Shown: positions 33,030 to 43,405, numbered from the stretch's first letter. The stretch is 64,000 bases of DNA from Trueperaceae bacterium (GCA_965213925.1 OZ243927.1:3872001-3936000), one strand, 5' to 3'. Notes: generated by a model not told the origin, from the letters alone. Translations and numbers: made by a program.

Positions 33030-35435
33030 TTATTCGGCTTCGGCAGGTTCGACGTTGGTGATGAGGTACATGTTGTCGTTGAAGTCACAGTTGGCGGTGT
33101 CCGAGGTGCCGCAACCGTTCTCTACGAAGTCCTGCGCGACGATGTAGGTGTTAGGGATCACAGTGTCGTTGCGCTCTGCCGGCCAGAAGCGGACGCCTAA
33201 GTTACCGTTGTTTCTCGAGCCAGTCACCCAGTTGGTGCTGTAGCTGTTGCGGACGACGAGTTCAAAGGGTCCGCCCGGCGAAACGGTCATCTCGGCGGCT
33301 GCCGTATCCGAGCCCTGTACGGGAGGCAACACGGATTGCCCGTAGACTTCGGCGTGCTCGAACCTCTCGAGGATAGTGCCGTCAACGATTACTCTAAGGT
33401 CGTCGTTGGAGGAGGAGGAGCAGCAGCTATGGAAGGCGGCAAGTTGGCGGATATGAATGGGTGCACTGCCGTTAGCGCGTTGCCAGAATTTCGAGATGAC
33501 CTCGTCGCCTGCAGGTCCGGTGAAGTCGTCGTCGTCCGGGGAGGCTGCGCTGGTAATTGCGCCTCTGGAATTTGTACCCATATCCGTGCTGTAGCCGAAC
33601 GCTTCAACGACTCTGCCTAAGTACTCTTCGCGACCGCCTTCGGGAGCCGTCTGGAAGATGCCCGCAAGCTCAACTTCGACGGTTTCACCGCCTACTTGCA
33701 TCTGTAAGGTCGCCTCGCGTATGCCTCTGTCGCCTTCGGTTTCAACGAATTCGACGGTGAGGTCTTCGCTTTGACTTACGCCAATGCTGAAGCCTGAGCC
33801 ACCGTTGCGAAGGACGAAGGCGTCGCTCGACTCGCCCGTGATCGTCAAATTGCTGACCGTGACCGTGCTGCTTCCGGTGTTGCTGAGGCGTAGAACGTTC
33901 AAGGTGTGGCATTTGAGTTCGGTGAAGGGCTCTATTCTGTCGCCGAAGTTGCCGCTGATGTTATTGATGCGGCTGAAGACCAAGCGGTCTCCGAAGGGCG
34001 CGCCCGTGAGGTTCTGTAGCTCGAGCGAGCCTCTCGTCACGCTAGCCGGTCTGTTCGAAATAATAGGCTCTACCTGGTTGCACGACGTCGCTTCGCTCGA
34101 GGGCATGACGTTGCGCACGATAACGACGATATCGTTGTAGTCGTAGCCCTGCGTGAATTCTTCGGTGGCGAGTACATATGCGTTGCTCTCTCCGGGTAGC
34201 GGGTAGGCGCGTACGTGATGCGGTATCGCGTCAGAGAAAGTGTTGAGGATATCTTGCGTATAAACGTAACGTTGACCAAAAAAGTCATTCTTAGGCCAGA
34301 AAGAGTAGAAACCGAAGCTCGCGCTGCCGGGGTCGAAACTTAGAGGTCCATCTGTATCGGGATTGAGCGTCTGAGCATTTTCTACGCCGTTCGTAACGTC
34401 GAAGAGTTTGTTGCGCGCGTCTGCGTCGCCCGCTTCGTACCAACCGAACTCGGCTACAGGCGTGTTGTTTACGCCGTAAGCGGCGAGCACTTCAACGGTC
34501 ACGTCGCCTAAGCCCGCTTTTTGAAAACGCTGAATGATGCGCTCGTCACCGAGAGCGTTGTTGAGGCCGCTACGCGCCTCCTCGTCGCCGTCTGGTACGT
34601 TCGTGATGGGCGTGGTCGAGTCGTCGTCGTCCCCGGTATCAACAGCGAGCCCGAAGGTATCGAAAATCCACTGTAGGGAGGGCTCGTTATCGCCGCCGTT
34701 CCCTACAACGCTGAGGCCGCGCAGACCGATCTCGGACGCTAAGCCGTTGATGTTGAGCGTCGTAATCTGCGGACCTAACTCGGTCGGCTCGAACGTGACC
34801 GTCACCTCGACGGAGTCACCCGGTGCGATGTCTGTGGGCAGGCTTGGTTCATTCGCAAGCGTGAACTGGCCGCTCCCAGGCGCTAGGCTCGTCAACGTAA
34901 ACGCTTCTGAGTCCGCATTAGTTAGCGTCAGGGTTTGTGGCTCGCTCGTCCCGTTATTCTGCGTCTCGAAGATGAGGGGCGCGGCGCTAGGCTCGAGCGG
35001 TCCAGAGACCGGCGTTTCGTCTTCGGCGGCGGTCGTAAAGGTGCTCGTAAATGCTTCGAACGAAGCGCCGCTCGTGTCTTTGACCGCGGAGCTGACTGAG
35101 AAAGTGTAGCGCGTCGAGAAGGCTAAGGAACCCTCAGGCGTGAGCGTAAGCGTGTTGTCCGATACGCTCGGCGTCGCGAGCACCGGAATATCTGCGCCAT
35201 CCGCGCGTAGCGTCACGGTCTGGTCGCTAACAGTCGTCTCGTTGAGGTCGCCGTTGGGCAACGTGAGCGTCGCGCTTATGTTCCTATCAACAGAAACTTT
35301 GTCCGCGCCGTCCGCGGGCGAGACGCTGCTGACTAAGGGCTCGTCTACCTCAGGGCCGGGCCCTGAACCTCCGAGTAGATCGCAGGACACCAAGCTCAAC
35401 ACAAGGAGGGGCAGGAGCGCAACGTTTCTCTTCAT
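33030..35435 (-). CDS. Surface lipoprotein with Ig-like and choice-of-anchor/ASH-like domains and duplicated beta-sandwich modules
   Basis: Lipobox LVSC; two modules ending DYNDIV...NV.P and DFNDNM...NV.P. Confidence 0.65.
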   Translation of the reverse strand: MKRNVALLPLLVLSLVSCDLLGGSGPGPEVDEPLVSSVSPADGADKVSVDRNISATLTLPNGDLNETTVSDQTVTLRADGADIPVLATPSVSDNTLTLTPEGSLAFSTRYTFSVSSAVKDTSGASFEAFTSTFTTAAEDETPVSGPLEPSAAPLIFETQNNGTSEPQTLTLTNADSEAFTLTSLAPGSGQFTLANEPSLPTDIAPGDSVEVTVTFEPTELGPQITTLNINGLASEIGLRGLSVVGNGGDNEPSLQWIFDTFGLAVDTGDDDDSTTPITNVPDGDEEARSGLNNALGDERIIQRFQKAGLGDVTVEVLAAYGVNNTPVAEFGWYEAGDADARNKLFDVTNGVENAQTLNPDTDGPLSFDPGSASFGFYSFWPKNDFFGQRYVYTQDILNTFSDAIPHHVRAYPLPGESNAYVLATEEFTQGYDYNDIVVIVRNVMPSSEATSCNQVEPIISNRPASVTRGSLELQNLTGAPFGDRLVFSRINNISGNFGDRIEPFTELKCHTLNVLRLSNTGSSTVTVSNLTITGESSDAFVLRNGGSGFSIGVSQSEDLTVEFVETEGDRGIREATLQMQVGGETVEVELAGIFQTAPEGGREEYLGRVVEAFGYSTDMGTNSRGAITSAASPDDDDFTGPAGDEVISKFWQRANGSAPIHIRQLAAFHSCCSSSSNDDLRVIVDGTILERFEHAEVYGQSVLPPVQGSDTAAAEMTVSPGGPFELVVRNSYSTNWVTGSRNNGNLGVRFWPAERNDTVIPNTYIVAQDFVENGCGTSDTANCDFNDNMYLITNVEPAEAE

Positions 35436-36018
35436 AATTGTACTTCTTTCGGTCTGCGCGCAGCTAAGGCGGCGTGCGCCTCGGACCGTAAGAACGGAGC
35501 TTGCACTCCACAGCGTTCTGCTCGATGTTGTTCTTTCATTACGTTCTAGCCTCCTAATTGAGCTATCCTAGGGGTGTTTAACTATCTCTATCTCGTTAGG
35601 TCTCTTTTGCTGCTCTTTGATATGCACCTATGTGAGCTTAATTTCGCGTCTTCACTCTCGCTACACCATAGGCAGCCCCGATGAGCAACCTCTTAGCATT
35701 CTAAGGTGTGCGCGTGGCATTTTAGCGTACGAGTATTACAAGAATTTCACACCGGGAGCGGTTTTTTGAACCGTGAAGACATGTTAATAGTTGGCAAAGC
35801 TGCGCAGCGATTTTCTCGAGCCCTTTAGCGAGGTCGGGGCGTCACCTCTAAAGGTCGGTTGAGTAAGCTATCCCGCTGAGCGAGGACAGAATGCCTAACT
35901 TCTTCCTGTATTCTTGAGTCCATCCAACCGACTCGCATACCCCCAGACCGCACCAACCCTCAGCACTCAGTATGGCAGCGCGGTACACTCTAGCTTATGT
36001 CGCACTTTGCACCGGACC

Positions 36019-36447
36019 ATGTCAGCCGTTAGGGACACACTCTGGGGCGAGCAGCGCGAAGCGATCGAACGCAACCTCGAGCACCTCGACCCCGACCTCG
36101 CCAAGCTCGTCTTCGAGGTTGCCTACAATAGCGTTTTAGCGCAACCCGGCTTGGCGCTCAAGACGAGAGAGCTTCTAGCGGTCACGGCGCTCCTGAGCGT
36201 CGGCAGCGAGAGCGAGTTAAAGACGCACATGCGCGGCGCGCTGCGCTGCGGGGCGACCTTCGGCGAACTCAAGGAGACCGTGCTGCAAGCCGCGATGTTT
36301 CTGGGCTTTCCAAGGGCGCTCATGGGGATGCGCGTGCTGCAAAGCGTGCGCCCTGACGCTCCGGCACATAACGAAGCCTCACGCGCTAGTGCGTCAGAAA
36401 GCGCGCCGCATGTCGAGCCCGAGCAACTGGGCGACGACGACGCCTAG
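36019..36447 (+). CDS. Carboxymuconolactone decarboxylase family protein
   Basis: L.LKTRELLAVTALL, HMRGALRCG and FLGFP motifs. Confidence 0.85.
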   Translation: MSAVRDTLWGEQREAIERNLEHLDPDLAKLVFEVAYNSVLAQPGLALKTRELLAVTALLSVGSESELKTHMRGALRCGATFGELKETVLQAAMFLGFPRALMGMRVLQSVRPDAPAHNEASRASASESAPHVEPEQLGDDDA

Positions 36448-36702
36448 TACCACGCCCACGGCGAGGAGCAGCGGCAAGAGTCGCGCCCAGTCCACGCTGC
36501 TTTTATCCTCTTTGGTGGATGCGCCGCTACTCAGCTCGAGCAGCAGCAGCAACCCGTACATCTCGCGTAGGTCCCCCTCCGCTTCGGACCCCTCAGAGAG
36601 GGACTCGAGCTTGTCTAACATACGCCTGAGCAGGGCTAGCTCGAGGTCTCGCCGAGCTGGTTTAGAGGCGTATTTTAGGTACCCACATAACGGCTTACGC
36701 AT
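36394..36702 (-). CDS. Hypothetical protein with a C-terminal TM helix
   Basis: SD GAGGGGAG; hydrophobic C-terminus; convergent overlap with the CMD gene. Confidence 0.45.
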   Translation of the reverse strand: MRKPLCGYLKYASKPARRDLELALLRRMLDKLESLSEGSEAEGDLREMYGLLLLLELSSGASTKEDKSSVDWARLLPLLLAVGVVLGVVVAQLLGLDMRRAF

Positions 36703-36953
36703 GACTTCTCCCCTCGTCTCGCATAACGGCGTCGCACGGGCTACGTGCTTACCGGGAACGTATCGTGTTGATTGGGACAGCGTAGTTTATAACGGCAGCT
36801 TACGGTGACAAGCTAAATAGTGCTGACAGTGACCTATGACAGTAAATAACTTTTGCAGTAAGTGAACGCACCACGCAGTTTGCGGTAAGTCGGTGCGGCG
36901 CTATAGGCACACCCCCCTTTACTCCCATATGCGAGTAGTTTATTATTACATAT

Positions 36954-37709
36954 GTGAGTGAGTCAAGCGCCCAAGTTACACCTTCGCCGCGAACGTCGAA
37001 AGGGTCAGCTAAAGGTCCTTTCCAGTCGCGAATTGCCGCGCGCATGACCGAATTCGGCATGAAGCGCCTAGAGGAGTTTGCCGACCATTTCGGCCTCGGA
37101 CGAACGACGGTGTACGGTCTCTACCACGGGCGCGTCTCGCCTAAAGGCAGCGTCGTTAAACCGAGCGTCGACACGCTCGTCAAACTCGCCGACGCCCTAG
37201 AAGTGCCGCTGCACGTGCTGGTGTACGAACTCGAGCCCGATGCTCGCGGCGCAGACCTCTTGACTGACCTCAAACCCATGCCCCCCCTCCAACGCATCGA
37301 GGTGCGCATGGCGGGTTGGGTCGGCGCGGGTCCAGATCAAACCGAGGAGATTTTAGACGAGCAACTCTGGGTCGAGGAGGAGTTCGCGAGAGGTCGCGAG
37401 CTTTTGGGTTTTAAGATTCGCGGCGACTCGATGGCGGCGGGTAGACACCCGATTTACGACAGCGATACCGTCCTGGTGGACAGGAACGCTAAAGGGCACA
37501 ACAACAGCCCTGTCGTCGCCCGTTTAATCGACAACGGTTACGTCTGTAAGCTGCTCAAAGAGGACCGCTTCAGCCACATCGTTAAGTTAGCCAGCGCCAA
37601 CCCCGAACACCAGAACGGCACGCCCACCGCCATCGCACCTGAGCAGATTGAAGAAATTGTAGGGCGCGTCGTGCGCATCGTGCATGACCAGGTATTCTCG
37701 AGCGTCTAG
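36954..37709 (+). CDS. Xre-HTH + peptidase S24 (LexA/CI-like) repressor
   Basis: HTH; VGAG cleavage site, GDSM catalytic Ser and VCKLL Lys. Confidence 0.88.
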   Translation: MSESSAQVTPSPRTSKGSAKGPFQSRIAARMTEFGMKRLEEFADHFGLGRTTVYGLYHGRVSPKGSVVKPSVDTLVKLADALEVPLHVLVYELEPDARGADLLTDLKPMPPLQRIEVRMAGWVGAGPDQTEEILDEQLWVEEEFARGRELLGFKIRGDSMAAGRHPIYDSDTVLVDRNAKGHNNSPVVARLIDNGYVCKLLKEDRFSHIVKLASANPEHQNGTPTAIAPEQIEEIVGRVVRIVHDQVFSSV

Positions 37710-37762
37710 CTTTCAGCTATTTCTTCGCAGCTTCAGTACACCTTCTGGCAGATGATGAACCA

Positions 37763-37961
37763 TGTCATTCGGAATGTGGCGCGGCGGAGCGAAGAATCTC
37801 TGATAATGGGTCAAGGTCGAATGACGCGCCTCGTGAGCGGAATCCAACTCCCGCTAACCAACAAGGGGTTGCAACCCCTTGTTCATATTTCATATTCAGT
37901 GAGCATTCCAGAGAAAGCCACTACCCGTAAGACTTCGTCCTACTGCGCGAATAGGGTGACA
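37763..37961 (+). repeat. MITE/REP-like element copy (divergent)
   Basis: TGTCATTC.GAA...GAATCTC...AGGGTGACA; internal 24-bp palindrome at 37860-37883. Confidence 0.6.
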
Positions 37962-38075
37962 AGTACGCTATAGAACTCAGTTGACGGTGTAGTCAGTCGC
38001 AGGTACTACAAATCTGGGGTGTTTTCTACGGAGCAGCTCGCTCCCATCTCTTATACTTTCCCTCGAGGTGACGTC

Positions 38076-39137
38076 ATGCATAAGTTAGTCCGCCGCTCGG
38101 CGCGCAAAGTCGGGCAGGCTCCGGGGACGATGGTCTATACCGGCGACGCGCAAGATGAGGCGGTGCGCGTCGCCCTATTCACATATGGCGCTTCTGGAGC
38201 GCAGCACCGCGAAGCGCTAGAAGCGCGTGAGGCGCTCGATTTATTGGACGCAGAGCGGGTCAACTGGCTCAATGTAAGTGGCTTACACCGCCCTGAGGTC
38301 ATCCGCACGGTAGGCGAGCACATCGGTCTTCACCCGCTGACGCTAGAGGACATCGTCAGCACCGGGCAGCGCCCCAAAGTCGAGTTTTTCGACGCCTACG
38401 TCTTTATCGTGTTACGGATGCTCAACCTTCAAGGAGCGGGCACCATCCGCGACGAACAGGTCAGCATCATTGTCACGAAAGACGCTGTGTTTTCCTTTCA
38501 AGAGCGGCAAGGCGACGTGTTCGACCCTGTGCGCGCGCGCATCAGAGGCAATAAGGGAAGAATTTGCAAGTCCGGCTCCGACTACCTCGCGTATACGCTC
38601 TTAGACGCGGTGGTGGACTCCTACTTCACCGTGTTAGAAGGGGTGAGTGAGCGGCTCGAGGCGTTAGAGGAGACCCTTATCACCGAAGCCACCCCCGACA
38701 CCTTAAAAGAGATCAACACTTATAAACGCGAGATGCTCTTCTTGCGTAAAGCCGTCTGGCCGCTCCGCGAGGTGCTGAGCCTCTTGATGCGCGAGGACAG
38801 CCCCCTTATCAGCGCGCATACGCTCACGTACCTAAGAGACGTTTACGAACACACCGTGCAGGTCATCGACACGGTGGAGACCTTCCGCGACATCCTCACG
38901 GGGATGCTCGACGTGTACCTGTCCAGCGTCTCGAACCGCATGAACGAGGTGATGAAGGTCTTGACCATCATCGCCACGATTTTCATCCCGCTGACCTTCA
39001 TTGCGGGCGTATACGGTATGAACTTCATCTACATGCCCGAGCTGTCGTGGCGCTGGGGCTATCCGGCGGTGTGGCTCCTTATGCTCGCAGTCGCGCTCAG
39101 TCTTATCGTCTACTTTAGGCGGAAGCGTTGGCTATAG
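38076..39137 (+). CDS. corA: Magnesium/cobalt transporter CorA
   Basis: HPLTLEDI, QRPKVE and YGMNF.YMPEL motifs; SD GAGGTG. Confidence 0.96.
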   Translation: MHKLVRRSARKVGQAPGTMVYTGDAQDEAVRVALFTYGASGAQHREALEAREALDLLDAERVNWLNVSGLHRPEVIRTVGEHIGLHPLTLEDIVSTGQRPKVEFFDAYVFIVLRMLNLQGAGTIRDEQVSIIVTKDAVFSFQERQGDVFDPVRARIRGNKGRICKSGSDYLAYTLLDAVVDSYFTVLEGVSERLEALEETLITEATPDTLKEINTYKREMLFLRKAVWPLREVLSLLMREDSPLISAHTLTYLRDVYEHTVQVIDTVETFRDILTGMLDVYLSSVSNRMNEVMKVLTIIATIFIPLTFIAGVYGMNFIYMPELSWRWGYPAVWLLMLAVALSLIVYFRRKRWL

Positions 39138-39309
39138 CATTTCTCCTTAAGATCTCTTAACTTCTGTACTCTCGGTTCTCGAAAAGCAGTAGAAATTAGC
39201 GCATGGTTGTCCTACTAAAACATGCTATAACACAAAGTCAACCCTGCAGCTTACGCCTACCACGCTATCCGCGCTGTGGGATAGGTTATACTGTTCTTTA
39301 GGAGGATTC

Positions 39310-40239
39310 ATGAAAAAACTGCTTACGTTTCTATTAACATCGTCTTTGCTGTTGGTTAGCGGTCTCGCCCTCGCGCAAGACCCTGTTCGTGTTGGCTCCA
39401 AACAGTTTACCGAAAATGTCGTGTTGGCGAAAATCATCATCACGGCGTTGGAGAACGCGGACATCCCTACGACCGACCAGACGCCCTTAGGCGCGACGGA
39501 CGTGAACCGCTCGGCGCTCGTCAACGGCGAAATCGACGTTTACCCGGAGTACACGGGCACAGCAATCAGTAACTTCTTAATCAATGAAGGCGCGGACGTA
39601 CCTGAAGGTGCCTCGAGCGACGGCGAGCAGTCGTACGGAATCGTCAGCGAGTACGACCAGGAAAACAACAACTTGTGCTGGCTCGAGCCCGCCCCCGCGA
39701 ATAACACCTACGCCATCGCCGTCACCGAGTCGTTTGCCGAAGAGAACGGTTTAGAGACGCTCGCCGACTACGCCGAATACGTCAACAGTGGTGGCGAAGT
39801 CATGATGCCTGTCGGCGACGAGTTCGCGCAGCGCCCGGACGGTCTGCAAGCTTTCGAGGAGACGTACGGCTTCGACCTTACCCAAGACCAGCTCCTCGTT
39901 ATCGCTGGCGGTCAGCCCGCGCAAACCGAGCAGGCTCTAGCCGAAGGCGCGAACGGCGCGAACGCGGCGATGGCGTACGGCACGGACGGCGCACTCATGG
40001 CGTATAACTTCCGCGTGTTAGAAGACCCCGAGGGGGCACAGCCCGTCTTTCAGCCGACGCCCGTGTTCCGCTGCGGCGTGCTCGAGACCTATTCCAGCAT
40101 CCCCGAGGTCTTAAATCCCATCTTCGAAACGCTCGACAACGAAACGCTGCAAGAACTCAACGCTCGCGTAGACGTGGACGGCGAAAACCCCGAAGCGGTC
40201 GCGCAGAGCTTCCTAGAGGAAAACGGCTTTTTAGAGTAA
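39310..40239 (+). CDS. osmF: Osmoprotectant (glycine betaine-type) ABC transporter substrate-binding protein, OsmF-like
   Basis: Signal peptide; VGSK.FTE, DVYPEYTGT and ANNTYA motifs. Confidence 0.88.
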   Translation: MKKLLTFLLTSSLLLVSGLALAQDPVRVGSKQFTENVVLAKIIITALENADIPTTDQTPLGATDVNRSALVNGEIDVYPEYTGTAISNFLINEGADVPEGASSDGEQSYGIVSEYDQENNNLCWLEPAPANNTYAIAVTESFAEENGLETLADYAEYVNSGGEVMMPVGDEFAQRPDGLQAFEETYGFDLTQDQLLVIAGGQPAQTEQALAEGANGANAAMAYGTDGALMAYNFRVLEDPEGAQPVFQPTPVFRCGVLETYSSIPEVLNPIFETLDNETLQELNARVDVDGENPEAVAQSFLEENGFLE

Positions 40240-40393
40240 GCGTTAAGACCCTCACTGCGTTTTCACTACTTCAACCTTGGGTCGAGTTTGCTCAACTCGA
40301 CCCTTCGTCTTGGGAAATAATCTTGAGTTTCGACGTTCAACTACGAAGTCAGCTCGGTAAAACGTACGGCGCGTATCCTTTGGAGGTGAAACT

Positions 40394-42016
40394 ATCGTCA
40401 ACAGAATTGCGATTCTCGGTGGACTCACGGCAGTTTTCGGCTTTTTCTTTTTGCCCCTCATTGAACTCAAGCCGAACCGCCTCGCTTCGGGGCTCAGCTT
40501 TCAGCTCTTGGAGCTAGAGGGCGACCTGCGCTACCCCTTTCTCTTCATCTTGGCACTCATCGCCATCGGCGCGGCGCTCTCGGCACGCTCCGCCACGCGC
40601 GGCTGGACGCTCGCCGGACTCGGCAACGCGCTCCTCTACTTGACGCTCTTTTTGCCTGCCGTCGCCGGGCAAAACCTCATCGACAACGCGAGCGACCTCT
40701 TGGGCGAAACCGTGCGCGTCAGCAACCCGCGCCTCTTGCCCTCGGGCGCGCTCGTCGTGGGGCTCATCGGCAGCTACGTCGTGCTCTACGGCGGGCTGCG
40801 CGACCTCATCGCGGCGGAGGCGTCGCGCTCGGCACGCTTCATCGCCGCGTGGGGCGGTGTGGCGCTCGTCGTGATCGGCTTTGTCACCGGACAGTTCGAC
40901 GTGTACTCGGTCATGGTCGAGCTTGAAGCGCGAGGCGAGCAGCTCGGGCAGCGCACGATCGAGCACATCATGTTCGTGGGTGTATCGCTCGTGATCGGCT
41001 TTGTCGTCGGCGTAGGGCTGGGGCTGTGGGCGCACCGCGACGAGCGCAGTTCGCCTATCGTCCTCTACGCGGTGGGGATTATCCAGACCATCCCGAGCCT
41101 GGCGCTTTTCGGCGTGCTGTTAGAGCCGTTGGCGCGGCTCGGCGGTCAGCGGGCGCTCAGCGTGGGGCTCTTCTTTATCGTCTCGTTGGCGGTAGCCGCG
41201 GCGCTCATCTTCGCCTACCGCCGCTTCGCGACTAGCCTCTCTGAGAATGTACGTCAAGTGTTTCTCATCCTAAGCGCGATCATCGCTGCTGTGCCACTCG
41301 CCCTCTTTACCGTCGTCTTAGCGAGCTTTCTCTTCCGTGCAAGCTTGGTGACGTTCACGTCCAATGCGGGTCTATTGCCGACGCTCCGCACGGTCATGCT
41401 CGTCTCGCTCATCGTCGGCTTCGCCCTCTGGATAGGCTTGCGTTACTTCAAGGGAACTGTGAAGCGCGTCGTTCGCTACGGCGCGTGGCTCGGTTACGGG
41501 GTGTTCGCGGTCGCGCTCCTCGTCGCGCTCGCCCAGGGCTCGAATCAGTTCTTAGGCGACGTCGGCGCAGGGCTCACCATGCGCAACCTCGGCGTGTCGG
41601 GCATCGGCACCGCGCCCGCCGTGATCGCGCTAACGCTCTACTCGCTCTTGCCGCTCGTCAGGAACACCTACGCGGGACTTAACAACGTGGACGCGGCGAT
41701 CGTCGATTCGGGGCGCGGCATGGGGATGAACGCGGGACAACGCTTTTTCCAGATCGAGTTGCCCATCGCCTTGCCCGTCATCATGGCAGGCGTGCGTAAC
41801 GCGGCCATCGCCTTAGTCGGCATCGGCACGGTGGCGACGATCATCGGCGCGGGCGGTTTGGGGGACTTTATCATCGGCGGGGTGGTGAACACGTCCATTG
41901 ACCAGATTCTTTTAGGTGCGGTGCCAGCGGTACTTTTAGCTGTGGCGTTGGATGCGGCGTTGCGGGGTTTGGAGAGGCTGATGGTGTCGCCGGGGATTCA
42001 GCAGATGCAGGATTGA
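40394..42016 (+). CDS. Osmoprotectant ABC permease (YehY-like); probable non-canonical or frameshifted start
   Basis: QTIPSLALFG, LLPLVRNT and GRGMGM...ELP.A.P motifs; frame open upstream of TTG 40451 to ATC 40394 behind GGAGGTG. Confidence 0.85.
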   Translation: MVNRIAILGGLTAVFGFFFLPLIELKPNRLASGLSFQLLELEGDLRYPFLFILALIAIGAALSARSATRGWTLAGLGNALLYLTLFLPAVAGQNLIDNASDLLGETVRVSNPRLLPSGALVVGLIGSYVVLYGGLRDLIAAEASRSARFIAAWGGVALVVIGFVTGQFDVYSVMVELEARGEQLGQRTIEHIMFVGVSLVIGFVVGVGLGLWAHRDERSSPIVLYAVGIIQTIPSLALFGVLLEPLARLGGQRALSVGLFFIVSLAVAAALIFAYRRFATSLSENVRQVFLILSAIIAAVPLALFTVVLASFLFRASLVTFTSNAGLLPTLRTVMLVSLIVGFALWIGLRYFKGTVKRVVRYGAWLGYGVFAVALLVALAQGSNQFLGDVGAGLTMRNLGVSGIGTAPAVIALTLYSLLPLVRNTYAGLNNVDAAIVDSGRGMGMNAGQRFFQIELPIALPVIMAGVRNAAIALVGIGTVATIIGAGGLGDFIIGGVVNTSIDQILLGAVPAVLLAVALDAALRGLERLMVSPGIQQMQD

Positions 42017-42053
42017 TAGCAGGTATCATCTGATGGATAGCAGGTATCATCTG
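42015..42053. repeat. 18-bp direct repeat
   Basis: GATAGCAGGTATCATCTG x2 with a 21-bp period. Confidence 0.85.
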
Positions 42054-42226
42054 GTCACAGACGCTCTTAGTGGATAAGAAAAGTGCCTAGCCCTTCAAAG
42101 ATGATATCTGCGGCTCCAAGCTCTCAGCAAAGGATCAAACAAGGTCTTGCAGCATGTTGCGAAGAAAACGTACCTTTTCAGTCCTTTGTCAGTCCCCCAC
42201 TTCTCACCCACAGAAAGTGAGACCCT

Positions 42227-43405
42227 ATGATTGAATTCGATAACGTCGTCAAGCAGTACCCGAACGGCTTCAAAGCGGTCGACGGTCTGAGCGTCACCGT
42301 GCCCGAAGGCGAAATCTGCGTTTTCATCGGTCCTTCGGGCTGCGGCAAGACCACGACCATGCGCATGGTCAACCGCCTCATCCCCATTACGGGCGGGCGC
42401 ATCAACATAGAAGGGCGCGATAACCGCGACATCCCGGCGGAAGAGCTGCGGCGCAAGATCGGCTACGCCATCCAGCAGATCGGGCTCTTCCCACACATGA
42501 CGATCTTCGACAACGTCGCGGTGGTGCCGCGCCTGCTGAACTGGGAGGAGGACCGCATCGCGAAGCGCGTGGACAGGCTTCTGGGACTCGTCGGCTTGGA
42601 CCCCGACGTGAACCGCGACAAGTTTCCGCGTCAGCTTTCGGGCGGTCAGCAGCAGCGCGTCGGCGTGGCGCGGGCGCTCGGAGCCGACCCGCCTATCATG
42701 CTCATGGACGAGCCTTTTGGCGCGGTGGACCCCATTACCAGGGAGGTTTTGCAAGAAGAGTTTTTGCAGATTCAAAAGGAGATCAGCAAAACCATCATCT
42801 TCGTCACGCACGATATCGACGAGGCGATCAAGATGGGCGACCGCATCGCGATTTTGCGCGAGGGTAAGCTCGTCCAGTTTGACACGCCCGATACCCTCTT
42901 AGCGCACCCCAAAAACCACTTCGTGCGCGATTTCGTCGGGGCGGACCGGCAGCTCAAGCGGCTCGGCTTGGTGCGCGTCCACGAGATTATGGACACCGAC
43001 CCGCCCGTGGTCCAGTTCGAGGGCAAGGCAGAGGACGCCCTCCGCGCAATCGAGCAGCGCGAGGTGCGCAACGCCTTCGTCATCGACCGTGACGGCAAGC
43101 TCAAAGGGTGGGTAGACAGAAAAGCCATCGAGCGGAGCGACTCTCTGTTAGAGGCGATGTACGAGGCGGACTACTGGGATATCTCTGTAAAGGAGACCGC
43201 GACCGTGCGTGACGCGCTCTCGGCAATGGTCACGCGCGGCTTCAAGGTGACGCCCGTGGTGGATAGCGACGGACTTTTGACTGGCTCGATCACGCTCAAA
43301 GCGCTGCAAGAACTCGTCGAGCGCAGCGACCCTGAGCAGCAAGCTGAGCGTTCGTCCAGGGACCGCTCGGCTAAAGAACAGACAGAACAAGAGGTCAGCG
43401 CGTGA
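42227..43405 (+). CDS. Osmoprotectant ABC ATP-binding subunit with CBS domains
   Basis: GPSGCGKTT, LSGGQQQR and MDEPFGA motifs; C-terminal CBS pair. Confidence 0.93.
   Translation: MIEFDNVVKQYPNGFKAVDGLSVTVPEGEICVFIGPSGCGKTTTMRMVNRLIPITGGRINIEGRDNRDIPAEELRRKIGYAIQQIGLFPHMTIFDNVAVVPRLLNWEEDRIAKRVDRLLGLVGLDPDVNRDKFPRQLSGGQQQRVGVARALGADPPIMLMDEPFGAVDPITREVLQEEFLQIQKEISKTIIFVTHDIDEAIKMGDRIAILREGKLVQFDTPDTLLAHPKNHFVRDFVGADRQLKRLGLVRVHEIMDTDPPVVQFEGKAEDALRAIEQREVRNAFVIDRDGKLKGWVDRKAIERSDSLLEAMYEADYWDISVKETATVRDALSAMVTRGFKVTPVVDSDGLLTGSITLKALQELVERSDPEQQAERSSRDRSAKEQTEQEVSA

Noticed and set aside
36800..36816. DdrO-binding RDRM motif near the LexA-like gene
   Set aside because: TTACGGTGACAAGCTAA misses conserved positions in the right half
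42015..42053. Mini CRISPR array
   Set aside because: Only two copies, a 3-bp gap and no cas genes in the window
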